Shown here: positions 8,112-17,502 of the stretch, piece after piece | Layout of the letters: the number at the start of each line of letters is the position of its first letter | Position numbering within the stretch: the first letter of the stretch is position 1 | Origin: Fidelibacterota bacterium | Lineage (GTDB): Bacteria; Fidelibacterota; Marinisomatia; Marinisomatales; Marinisomataceae | Reading direction: 5' to 3' | NCBI GenBank assembly: GCA_045560235.1 | Contig: JBJKZP010000008.1 | Location: 145,666-209,665 of the forward strand | DNA: 64,000 nt | Made by a program: the position numbers and the translations under genes | Notes under the pieces: generated by a model | What the model was told of the DNA's origin: nothing | What the model saw: the letters and a program-made list of their open reading frames with translations, nothing else | The model's database searches: none

Positions 8112-8843
8112 TTATTTAAAATATAACCTATAGAAAAAAAGAAAATTACCTATTAAATATCTTTTAAATAGTTTTTTAGGAGATAAGGCGAACCTCCACA
8201 GCCATTCAAGTCCAATATCAGAAATAAATTGTGGAGATTGAATTTGATTACCGCTAAGCCATTCTAGAAAAGCCCCGCCATTTAAAAAAACATTGGCATT
8301 AATCTTATGAAAATTATCTAATATCCATTTCTCTTGTAATGGCATTCCAAAACCAACAGCTAAAACATCTGGATTATAGCTATTAATTAATTGAATCATT
8401 TCTTCATTTTCTTTACCGTTTTTATTAAAAAATCCATGATGACCTTTGATATTTAATTGGGGATATTTTTGTTTAAACAATTTAACTGATTGAGAATTAA
8501 CTCGCTCTGAAGATCCTAAAACAAATATTGTTTTACTTTCTTTCTCACATTTTTTTAAAAGGGTAGGAAACCATGTATTGTATGTAATTTTTTTTGGTAC
8601 AGGTTTATAGCCAAGCAAAAAACATGCTAAGCTAATTCCCGAACCATCACAAAAAATAATTTTGGCTTTATCATTAAATTTTTTGAGAGCTGTATTTTCA
8701 AAACTAAGATTTGCTGCATTGATATTTAAGTTTCCAACAATGATTTTTTTATTATTATTGGATGCATTAATTATTTTATCATTTAAATCAGTGTAATTAA
8801 TATTATCAACAAAAGTATTTAAGATTTTATATCTATTATTCAT
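8112..8843 (-). CDS. WecG/TagA/CpsF-family glycosyltransferase (GT26)
   Basis: DGSGISLA, GFGMPLQEKW and GLEWLWRFALSPKKLFKRYLIGN are typical of GT26. Confidence 0.8.
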   Translation of the reverse strand: MNNRYKILNTFVDNINYTDLNDKIINASNNNKKIIVGNLNINAANLSFENTALKKFNDKAKIIFCDGSGISLACFLLGYKPVPKKITYNTWFPTLLKKCEKESKTIFVLGSSERVNSQSVKLFKQKYPQLNIKGHHGFFNKNGKENEEMIQLINSYNPDVLAVGFGMPLQEKWILDNFHKINANVFLNGGAFLEWLSGNQIQSPQFISDIGLEWLWRFALSPKKLFKRYLIGNFLFFYRLYFK

Positions 8844-9939
8844 CTATATAAGGTTTATAGCTTATATCATAATATAATTTTATCATTTTTTTACCCTCTT
8901 CGAAATTAATTTGAGGATAAAAATTTAATTTCTTTTGCATTTTATTGAGGTTAAGATTTGAATTATCTAAATATACATCCATAAGCATTTCATCTGGAAA
9001 ATAAACTGGCAAAGGAGAAAACTTCTTGTAAACACTATAAACTTCTTTAATTAAATTTTTCATTTTTGGAGTAAGTTTGTTTTTAAGTTGCATTAAAAAT
9101 GATTTCATCGGTTCCCACATAAATGCTTTTTTAGGGTCTCCTAAAATTACTTTAATCAACTTAAGAGGGTTAGATAAATTTTTATTTATTAGTTTAGAAT
9201 CTTGGTAAATAATCCTATTATCTTTGAAAAGGGAGTCAAAAAATTCAAAAAATTCAATCCAAGAAATTTTTTCAGGATTAGAGATAATTATTTTTTCATT
9301 ATTGTATTCCTTTGGTATAGATTTTATTATACCATTACATAAGTCTTTAACATGAATAAGATTACAGTTTCCAGAGTCCGATGGTATCACCATTTTTCCA
9401 TTACTTAATTGATTAATTATTTTTTCCGTCCAAGGTTTACTATACTTACCATAAACAATAGTAGGTTGAATAATAGTAGCCTGAATTTTTTCTTTTGTTT
9501 GATAACCAACTATGATCTCATCAATTTCATTTTTATTCTTAGCATATTGAAAAGTTTTATTTTGGAATAAAGTTGATTCATTTATTGTTTGATTATTAAT
9601 AAATGGTTGGTAAGTAGATATAGTGCTTATATGAATCAGCTTTTTATCTTCATTAATTATTGATTCACATATAGTTTTAATTAATGAAATATTAAATTTT
9701 TGATTTCCAAAGTCATGAATACAATTAATTATAATATCATTCTCAGTAATTAATTTTTTTAATAAAGTAGTATTACTTGGATCAAAATACTTTTTTTCAA
9801 CTTTTTTAAATCTAGAAATGAAACCACACTTAGAAAAATCTCTTAGCACAGTTGATATTTGAAAGTCTTTTGAATACATTTCTTCAATAAGTGCACTTCC
9901 AATAAACCCCGATGATCCTAAAATTAAAACTTTTTGCAT
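8836..9939 (-). CDS. NAD-dependent epimerase/dehydratase-family (extended SDR) protein
   Basis: Rossmann motif KVLILGSSGFIGSAL directly after the ATG at 9937-9939 (MQKVLILG). I trimmed the track ORF (to 9984) because it would overlap the upstream gene by 41 nt. Confidence 0.7.
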   Translation of the reverse strand: MQKVLILGSSGFIGSALIEEMYSKDFQISTVLRDFSKCGFISRFKKVEKKYFDPSNTTLLKKLITENDIIINCIHDFGNQKFNISLIKTICESIINEDKKLIHISTISTYQPFINNQTINESTLFQNKTFQYAKNKNEIDEIIVGYQTKEKIQATIIQPTIVYGKYSKPWTEKIINQLSNGKMVIPSDSGNCNLIHVKDLCNGIIKSIPKEYNNEKIIISNPEKISWIEFFEFFDSLFKDNRIIYQDSKLINKNLSNPLKLIKVILGDPKKAFMWEPMKSFLMQLKNKLTPKMKNLIKEVYSVYKKFSPLPVYFPDEMLMDVYLDNSNLNLNKMQKKLNFYPQINFEEGKKMIKLYYDISYKPYIDE

Positions 9940-9943
9940 TTGA

Positions 9944-10930
9944 TTAGAGCTGTATTTCATTTCTATTATTATAACAAAAATCAATTATTTTCATTACTTC
10001 ATGTGCTTCTTTTGTAGTTACAACATTTGTTGCATCTTCATTGGATATAAGCTTATACCATTGATCGATTTGTTTTGATATTAGGTCATCATATGATTGG
10101 TTATTTTGTTTAAAATTACTGTAATTAGCTTTTTCTTTTAACTGTTCAGAGCAATACATATCAATCTTGTTACCAATTAAATCAAAAATAATTTTACCAT
10201 TTTCAAATTCAATAAAAAATCGACAGTCTAAACCAATAGTTCTGCTTAATTGAAGTGACCCTTTAAAATTATTATAATGAAATTTTATAATACAATCTGA
10301 TTCTACATTATCAATTTGATTATCATAATATATCAGCTCATTTGGCACGCCCAAATGATAAATAATTTGTTCTAATGTATGAGATCCGGTGTCTAAAAGT
10401 ACGCCACCACCTGAAAATTCTTTATACCAAAAACTTTCAGATTGTATTGGCCAATTAAAAATTCCACCTTCTCTACATTTAAAAGAAGTAACATCGCCAA
10501 GAATATTATTGTTAATAATATTCTTTACAAATTGAGCACTTCTTAATTGTCTTCTCATATTGCCACAAATTACACTTACTCCATTTTTTTTAGCTATTTC
10601 ATATATTTCTTTTGATTCAACAGATGAAACAGATATCGGTTTTTCAATAAGTAAATTTTTATTGTGACTTATAAGCTTCATCGCAAATGGGTGATGAAGA
10701 GTATTTGGTAATGTTATAATAGCCTCAGAAAAATCATTTAGTATTTCATCTATTGAAGCAACTCCAATTGCGCCTTTAAATTTTTTAGCACATGCTTGTG
10801 CACTTTTAATATTTTTGTCAACAAAAAATAGAGGTTTAATACCTAAAGCTTTAATTGCAGGTATATAAAAATTTTGGGTAACAGCTCCACATCCTATAAC
10901 AGCTAGTTTGGCATTATTTTTGAATTTCAT
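9944..10930 (-). CDS. Gfo/Idh/MocA-family NAD(P)-dependent sugar oxidoreductase
   Basis: KLAVIGCGAVTQNFYIPA, LIEKPIS and the overall architecture. Confidence 0.8.
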   Translation of the reverse strand: MKFKNNAKLAVIGCGAVTQNFYIPAIKALGIKPLFFVDKNIKSAQACAKKFKGAIGVASIDEILNDFSEAIITLPNTLHHPFAMKLISHNKNLLIEKPISVSSVESKEIYEIAKKNGVSVICGNMRRQLRSAQFVKNIINNNILGDVTSFKCREGGIFNWPIQSESFWYKEFSGGGVLLDTGSHTLEQIIYHLGVPNELIYYDNQIDNVESDCIIKFHYNNFKGSLQLSRTIGLDCRFFIEFENGKIIFDLIGNKIDMYCSEQLKEKANYSNFKQNNQSYDDLISKQIDQWYKLISNEDATNVVTTKEAHEVMKIIDFCYNNRNEIQL

Positions 10931-11990
10931 TTATAATTATTTCAGAGGAATATAGAGATTTTTTTGATATGTACATATTTAAAAAGCTGCTATTATTTTT
11001 TTTTGCTTTTAATATTGAATTATCATTAAAAGATATAATATTTTCTGTAGGAAATTTATCAATATAGTAATTAAAACTATCCATTATATATGACAAATCT
11101 CGTGTTTCAATAAATAAAGTTTTTTTACCAAGTAGTCCAGCTTGAATAATAGCAGTAGATAGACTGGTTGCACAAATCACAATATCATTTTCAAGAATCG
11201 CTTTGTTAATATCCATATCTTTAGAAACAATGTTAATATTTTCTAAAGTTGAAAAATCGAATGTATCGCGAGGATGAGGTTTGATATTGATTTTGTAATC
11301 AGGGAAATTATAATTACTAATTTCTTTCAAAAAATTATCTTGGTCTTTTTGCCAATCTTTGTATCCATTCCATTGATGAGCGCCCGTTAGTATTAAAATA
11401 GCACCATTTTGTTGATTTTTTTCTTTATGATTAAAATACATTTTAAATCTAGGTAGCCCAGAAACTTCTATTTTTTCTTCAAAAACACCATCAGCTAAGA
11501 GTGTATTTTTGCTAATTTCTCCTGAAACAAAAATTTTATCACAGATATTTTGTCTGACTTTAAAACCATATATGACTAACCTTAATTTTTTGAATAAACT
11601 ACTTTGTTCGTGATAAATAAGTATAGAGTCATTTATTGAAAAAGCTTTTGAATTATAGTTTCTTTTTAAGTATTTGATTAGAATATATTCTAGTATTCCT
11701 ATTCTTCCACAAATAACAATATCATATTTACCTATAATCTTATTTATCTCTCTTTTAAATAAATAACTAATTATAATTTTTTGAAAACTATTATAAAGAT
11801 AAAATGGTTTACTTAATTTTATTTTTGAGTTTATTTTTTTTATGTTTCTATTTTTATATCTTATATTATTTTGATGAATATTTGATAAATCAAAAAATGT
11901 AAAGTTAAATTTATCTTTCCCTTCACTTATTAGAGGTTCAAAATTTTTTAAATTTTCGTTATCAATTGAGCAAATCAGAATATTTTTCAT
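10914..11990 (-). CDS. uncharacterised GT-B-like protein with an HP motif (candidate CMP-ulosonate-dependent transferase)
   Basis: Layout AILILTGAHQ ... INIKPHPRD ... DIVICATSLSTAIIQAGLLGKKTLFI. It resembles the C-terminal half of TagF/KpsS/bacterial sialyltransferase-type enzymes, which carry an HP motif. No confident family call. Confidence 0.4.
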   Translation of the reverse strand: MKNILICSIDNENLKNFEPLISEGKDKFNFTFFDLSNIHQNNIRYKNRNIKKINSKIKLSKPFYLYNSFQKIIISYLFKREINKIIGKYDIVICGRIGILEYILIKYLKRNYNSKAFSINDSILIYHEQSSLFKKLRLVIYGFKVRQNICDKIFVSGEISKNTLLADGVFEEKIEVSGLPRFKMYFNHKEKNQQNGAILILTGAHQWNGYKDWQKDQDNFLKEISNYNFPDYKINIKPHPRDTFDFSTLENINIVSKDMDINKAILENDIVICATSLSTAIIQAGLLGKKTLFIETRDLSYIMDSFNYYIDKFPTENIISFNDNSILKAKKNNSSFLNMYISKKSLYSSEIIINEIQK

Positions 11991-13051
11991 AATATTTTTT
12001 CATATAAGCTGTAATATTTTTTTTTCATAAGGTTGATGTCAAAATTATTACTAATGATTCTTTTTGATATTTCCCTTTCTTTGTTACTTATTATTGATAG
12101 TTTTTTTTCAACTATTGGTATCAATTTTTCATTTGATGAATAATAAATTGCTAATGGGTTATCTTTAGTTATTTCTTTAATAGCAGGGGCTGGGTATGTT
12201 ATTACTGGAATGCCAATAGAAAGACATTCAATGATATTTAAACCAAATGTTTCTACTTTTGAAGCAGATATCATAACATCATAATTATGCATATGCTTAA
12301 TCATTTCTTTATTTTCAACTGATCCCTTGAAAAAAACATTATCAAATAATTTTAATTTATCTTTCAGTTTAATTAAATATTCTTCAGAACTTCCCGATCC
12401 ATAAAATGTCATAGTAGTATTTGGATAAGATTTTAACAAATCTTTAAAAGCTTTTAAAATTATATCCTGTCTTTTTTGCAGATGATTTAGTCTTCCAATG
12501 CAAACAAATTTTAGTTGATTAAGATTGATTGCATCCTTTTTTAAAAATTTTGGAATTTCTATTCCGTTATAAATCATATTAAAATTATTTGTTGGAATGT
12601 TTTCAGTAATACATTGGTTTAATATTGTATTTTGATGTTCATGAGAAACAAATACAACGGCATCACAATGTTTTATTGATTTATTATAATCTGACATTCC
12701 ATGTATAGTAATTACAATTTTAAAATTTATAATTTTTTTTAATGGGTTTATCCATTTTATTAGATCAAAATAATGTATATGTATTATATCTGGACGAAAA
12801 GAAATTATAGTTATTAATAATTTTAGTATTTTAAAAATATTTTTTGACCCTCTTTTTCTATTGATTCTTAATATTGTTTCCGGAGGAATATCTTTTGTTG
12901 CATTTTTATCCTCATCTTCATTTACTAAAATTAGCGATGATTGATAATTTTTATTTTGTGGAATTAGTAATGATTTTACAATATTCTCCATGCCTCCATT
13001 ACCAAAGCTCCATAAGATATGTACTACTTTTGTTTTTTTATTTTTTACCAA
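11987..13051 (-). CDS. GT4-family (GT-B, retaining) glycosyltransferase
   Basis: VVHILWSFGNGGMEN at the N-terminus and the E..ETFGLNIIECLSIGIPVI (EX7E region) motif. Confidence 0.8.
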   Translation of the reverse strand: MVKNKKTKVVHILWSFGNGGMENIVKSLLIPQNKNYQSSLILVNEDEDKNATKDIPPETILRINRKRGSKNIFKILKLLITIISFRPDIIHIHYFDLIKWINPLKKIINFKIVITIHGMSDYNKSIKHCDAVVFVSHEHQNTILNQCITENIPTNNFNMIYNGIEIPKFLKKDAINLNQLKFVCIGRLNHLQKRQDIILKAFKDLLKSYPNTTMTFYGSGSSEEYLIKLKDKLKLFDNVFFKGSVENKEMIKHMHNYDVMISASKVETFGLNIIECLSIGIPVITYPAPAIKEITKDNPLAIYYSSNEKLIPIVEKKLSIISNKEREISKRIISNNFDINLMKKKYYSLYEKIL

Positions 13052-14252
13052 GCGTGATTCCTACAATTGTGAAAATAAGTAAAGGAAAAAGACTATGCTG
13101 AAGATAATCAGCAAATAAATTTTCTAGCAAAAAAATTAAAATTAATAACATACTTAAGGTTTCCATTGTACCAATTTTATTTTTACTTGTTTTATTGAGC
13201 TTCCTAAAAATCAATCCTAATAGAATCAAAAAATTTATTAATCCAAAGTAGCCTAGTTCTGATTTTAAAGTGGTTATCCCAGTATTTGGAAGAGTAGTAA
13301 TACTACCATGTCGGAGTTTTTCTGTGAAGTAGTTATATATACTAAAATAATTTTCAGATATAAATGATTTATTTTCAATGCCAATATATGAACCGCCACT
13401 ACCTGGGCCTACGCCTATAAATTCTTGATAGAATTTTTGGTATTCTCCATTAAAAGAGTCTCTATAAGATGCTATTTTTGGTGAAGTGTTTGCCAAAGTA
13501 ATAAAAGAATTTGTAAAAAATTCACTTTTAGAAATTTGATTAACAGTAAATAAACAAATTAAAAAAGATATAATGATTTTATTATGATTTCTCATTCTAA
13601 CAACAAGAAATAGAATTGTTATAATTGAAAGAAGTAAAACAATATAAAAATGATAAGCATAGCTCCAATAAAGTTGAATAATAGCAGTTATGATATTAAA
13701 TAATAAAATAGAATGATTGAATTTTCTTTCATTTAATAAAATAAAAAAAGATAATACTAAGGTGGTAAATGAAAACAAGCATTGATATAGAGCATCACCC
13801 ATTACGCCTGTTGCGAAATCAAGAGTCCCTATGTATTTATTTGTGATAAAAGATAAATTAAAATACCAAAGTAAATTTAAAATAAAGTTGAATGAATTGA
13901 TAATAGTAAATGTTTTAAATAAGCTATTTAAACTGATATTTTTGCCAAAATGAAAGCCTATAAAAATCAAAAAATATATCTTACCATATCTAAGAATAAA
14001 TTCAACCATGTTTATTAAACCAGACTGATTAATAATCATAGATAAAAAAGAAATCCCTACAAAAAATAAAAAATTTTTCTTTATATAATTTGGTGTTTTA
14101 TAATTTATCAAACACCACAAACCAAAAAAAATAACTGAAAAATTAAGAATCAAATCAAGTAGATTGCCCATAAAATTTTTAAAACCATATACATCTGTAT
14201 TAAAGATGCTGTCTAAAATAGATAGAGAAAGAATAAGATTTATTAAGTTCAT
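13038..14252 (-). CDS. Wzy-like O-antigen/repeat-unit polymerase (polytopic membrane protein)
   Basis: About 10-12 hydrophobic segments with one larger loop. No conserved motifs, as is usual for Wzy. It sits between glycosyltransferases in a locus that also has wzx and wzz. Confidence 0.55.
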   Translation of the reverse strand: MNLINLILSLSILDSIFNTDVYGFKNFMGNLLDLILNFSVIFFGLWCLINYKTPNYIKKNFLFFVGISFLSMIINQSGLINMVEFILRYGKIYFLIFIGFHFGKNISLNSLFKTFTIINSFNFILNLLWYFNLSFITNKYIGTLDFATGVMGDALYQCLFSFTTLVLSFFILLNERKFNHSILLFNIITAIIQLYWSYAYHFYIVLLLSIITILFLVVRMRNHNKIIISFLICLFTVNQISKSEFFTNSFITLANTSPKIASYRDSFNGEYQKFYQEFIGVGPGSGGSYIGIENKSFISENYFSIYNYFTEKLRHGSITTLPNTGITTLKSELGYFGLINFLILLGLIFRKLNKTSKNKIGTMETLSMLLILIFLLENLFADYLQHSLFPLLIFTIVGITLGKK

Positions 14253-14258
14253 TGTATT

Positions 14259-15248
14259 TTAATTTATTAAAGTATAATTATTTAAATTCCGATTAATTTT
14301 TGGAGTTTTCATTGATAGATGTTTTATAAAAACAAATATTTTTATCATTCTTTCAATGATTTTTAAAATAGTATAACCAAGCATGTATGTAAGCACTTTT
14401 TTGTTATTATTTTTTACATTAATGTAAGAATTGTAGAGACTTTTAAATAAATACATTATAAAAAGAATAAGCATTAATCTGAAATCCAAGATAGCAATAA
14501 GAACAGATATAAAACCTAACAGTAATGCTAAAATATTATTTTTCCATTGATTTGGTTTAAGAACTCTTCGCAACTTTTCTCCATTTAATGATTCCACATA
14601 AAAAATATTTAAACAATCAAAAAAATTAGTGGGTCTTTCATGTAGAACAATTGCATTAGGCGTAGGTTTGTATTTATATTTTTGCATGAATCTTTCTCTG
14701 ATAAATGTATCATCTCCTCTTGAAATAAAGATATCAGGAAAACCACCGTCCTGAGTAAATAGTTTTTTATTAAATGACATATTCGCTCCAATTAGCTGTT
14801 CTTTATATTTACCTTTTTCAAATATTTGTTTAAAACGAGTTTTTTGAAAAAAGTTTGCAACAACTGATTTATTATTGAGTAGATCTATTTTACCTCCTGA
14901 AAAATCAATACTAGAATCTTCGTAGGTATTTTTATATTCAATCAAAATATTGTTATTTACTATTGCATCAGCATCAATGAATAAAACTTTATCATACTTA
15001 GATTGATCAATTCCTGCATTTCTAGCAATTGATAATCCAGCATGCTTTATATGAATATGCCTAAAATCAATTGATAATTTTTTTTTTATGAATCGATTGA
15101 CAATATTTGCTGTATTATCTTTTGAACCATCATTGATAATTAATACTTCAAATTTTTTTTTATCATAGTTTAAAATAGCTAATGATTCTAAACATTTTTC
15201 GATAACTCGCTCTTCATTATAGGCGCATACTATAATTGAAAATTTCAA
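14259..15248 (-). CDS. GT2-family glycosyltransferase with C-terminal TM segments
   Basis: MKFSIIVCAYNEERVIEKCLESL, INDGSKDNT and FIDADA (DxD). Confidence 0.85.
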   Translation of the reverse strand: MKFSIIVCAYNEERVIEKCLESLAILNYDKKKFEVLIINDGSKDNTANIVNRFIKKKLSIDFRHIHIKHAGLSIARNAGIDQSKYDKVLFIDADAIVNNNILIEYKNTYEDSSIDFSGGKIDLLNNKSVVANFFQKTRFKQIFEKGKYKEQLIGANMSFNKKLFTQDGGFPDIFISRGDDTFIRERFMQKYKYKPTPNAIVLHERPTNFFDCLNIFYVESLNGEKLRRVLKPNQWKNNILALLLGFISVLIAILDFRLMLILFIMYLFKSLYNSYINVKNNNKKVLTYMLGYTILKIIERMIKIFVFIKHLSMKTPKINRNLNNYTLIN

Positions 15249-16450
15249 ACGAAATCCTTCATAATGATTTCATTGATTTTACTAAGATTTTCATTTTCAA
15301 TATTAATATTTTTTCCATCAGGGCTATAAATAATACATGTTCCTTGACTTTTTAATAGTGAATTATTATACCCATGCATTCCAATAGGTTTGTTAAAATG
15401 AAAAAAATCGGGGTAGACCATAACACCTTCATTCGCAAGCCAAATTATGTCACCATATATTTTTTTTGAAACTTTTGGTGAAATTATAGCTCCATTTTCA
15501 GTTAATTCTTTTTGCCTCTCAAAATAATTAATAACATCTTCCTTTTTGAAATTGTCTTTAATCCATATTCTACACATTGTTGAATCAATAAAGTAATTAA
15601 AGTCTTCATTAATCTTTAAGCCTAAATCATATTTTATTTTTTTTAAGTGAGGCTCAATATTAAAATAAGATTTAATGGTTTTCATGCCATGATCACCTAA
15701 AATAATGATTGTACTATTTAGGTTTGATTTAATTAGTTTTTTAAAAAAAAGATCTAATTTCATCAATTCATTCTCCATTTCTTTTGATTGCGGTCCATAT
15801 TTATGCCCAATCACATCAAGTGAGCCTAAATATGAAAATATGAATTCATTTTTTTGAGATTTATTTTTATTGATTAAATATTTTTTAACTTCATTTTCAG
15901 ACATCTGATTTTTTTTCCCTAAATAGGTCCATGCTTTATTATTTATAGATATATTTTTTGATAAAATTTTATTTACTAAGCTGCTTTGATTAAAAAATTT
16001 TTTTGAAAAATGATTAATTTCATCTTCGGTTAAATAAAAATTTCTTAACTGTCTATAAGGAATTTTGTATGAAGACATTTTTGCATTATGCTTTTTAGTA
16101 AGTATTTTATTAATAATTTTTCTGAACGCTTTATTCCAATTCAGATTTTTATTAAAAAGTCTGATAACTGGAATTTTTTTTAAAATTGAATCAACCATAT
16201 CAAGTAAAATGCTCATACTCTTAGACATCTTGATATACTCTGATTTTTGTTTATTTTTGCCAATAGCTGTAAAGAATCCAGTTTTTTCTGATTTTAGTCC
16301 TGATATTATTTCGCTTCTTTCACAAAAACCTAAGCTGGGTTTTATTTTTTTTATGTAGTAATATTTTTGAGAAAGATTATATAAAAATGGCGTATTTTTT
16401 TGACTTATATAGTCACTTCTAAGCGCATCTACTAGTATGAAAATTTTCAT
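15245..16450 (-). CDS. alkaline-phosphatase-superfamily protein (NPP / type I phosphodiesterase / PglZ-like fold), soluble
   Basis: ILVDALRSDYI (metal-ligand Asp region), KPSLGFCERSEIISGL (nucleophile region), GSLDVIGHKYGP (D..GH) and ILGDHGM (DHG). Confidence 0.6.
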   Translation of the reverse strand: MKIFILVDALRSDYISQKNTPFLYNLSQKYYYIKKIKPSLGFCERSEIISGLKSEKTGFFTAIGKNKQKSEYIKMSKSMSILLDMVDSILKKIPVIRLFNKNLNWNKAFRKIINKILTKKHNAKMSSYKIPYRQLRNFYLTEDEINHFSKKFFNQSSLVNKILSKNISINNKAWTYLGKKNQMSENEVKKYLINKNKSQKNEFIFSYLGSLDVIGHKYGPQSKEMENELMKLDLFFKKLIKSNLNSTIIILGDHGMKTIKSYFNIEPHLKKIKYDLGLKINEDFNYFIDSTMCRIWIKDNFKKEDVINYFERQKELTENGAIISPKVSKKIYGDIIWLANEGVMVYPDFFHFNKPIGMHGYNNSLLKSQGTCIIYSPDGKNINIENENLSKINEIIMKDFV

Positions 16451-17502
16451 AAATTTCCAAATCTCATCTTAGATATTTTTTGTTTTAATTCGAATAAATT
16501 TTGATACTCAATTGATAGATGTTTAATGTTATTTGAAAAGAATGGTTCATAGTTGTCAAAGTTATCATTATCATTTGAAATTGATAATATAAGCTCTAGC
16601 TGTCTCACGCTATTTCTTTTAAAAATATCATGTTCTCGCAACAATATATATTTTGCAATAGACTTTAATTTATTTCTTAGAGAAGATCTAAATACTAAAA
16701 TTTCATTTACAGAAATTATATCTTTTTTATAGATGATAGACAGGCTTTTAAAAAATTCGTTAAAAAAAATATCTTTAGTTTCATTTAGTAAATATTGAGC
16801 TTCATCAAATTTTATCTTTGTAGTACAAGGGTTAAATTTTTGTTCAAGGGCCCATTTTACTAGCTTATGGTTTTTGTTAGATATTTTTAAATATTTTTCA
16901 ACTTTTAAATTATAACTGGAAAAATAATGATTGTTTCTTATAAGATGTGATTCTACTGAAGCGAGTATAGCTTTAGATATTTGATATCTAAATAATAATG
17001 ATTCTTCTTCATTAAGATTTTTAAGATCATTAAATGAAGCATAAAGTGCCCATAATCTTGTATTAAATAATACTTCAAGATCTTTAATATTAATTGAGTC
17101 GCTTTCTTTTATAGGGATATTTTCAAGGATTTTTTTGTTACCATATATAATTTTTGAACCAAACTTCAAATCGTAATTAAACATAGTTTTTTTTGATAAT
17201 TGTTTTAATTGCATGTTACTAAAAAACTGCAAATCAATCCATTCTACGCCTGTTTTTAGTTTTATTGAATCAACAGCTTTATCAATTATACTTTTTGAAA
17301 TATTATCATTTGAAACTACAACTATGTCAAAGTCATTATAAGGTTTATAGGTTGCGCCTTCTGCAATCCATGCTCCTTCATTTCTGCCATAGCTACCATA
17401 GACTATTATTGATTCTGGGTTAAATTTCTTTAATTCATTAACAATGATTGAAAAGAAATATTCAGTTCTTTGATAAATTTGATATGATTTATTTTTTTTC
17501 AT
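16447..17502 (-). CDS. nucleotidyltransferase-fold (Pol-beta-like NTase) protein with a helical C-terminal domain, unknown function
   Basis: IIVYGSYGRNEG ... YNDFDIVVV has the GS ... DxD arrangement of minimal NTases. The remaining roughly 250 aa are predicted helical with no recognised motif. Start taken at MKKNKSYQ; the track ORF extends to 17520. Confidence 0.5.
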   Translation of the reverse strand: MKKNKSYQIYQRTEYFFSIIVNELKKFNPESIIVYGSYGRNEGAWIAEGATYKPYNDFDIVVVSNDNISKSIIDKAVDSIKLKTGVEWIDLQFFSNMQLKQLSKKTMFNYDLKFGSKIIYGNKKILENIPIKESDSINIKDLEVLFNTRLWALYASFNDLKNLNEEESLLFRYQISKAILASVESHLIRNNHYFSSYNLKVEKYLKISNKNHKLVKWALEQKFNPCTTKIKFDEAQYLLNETKDIFFNEFFKSLSIIYKKDIISVNEILVFRSSLRNKLKSIAKYILLREHDIFKRNSVRQLELILSISNDNDNFDNYEPFFSNNIKHLSIEYQNLFELKQKISKMRFGNL

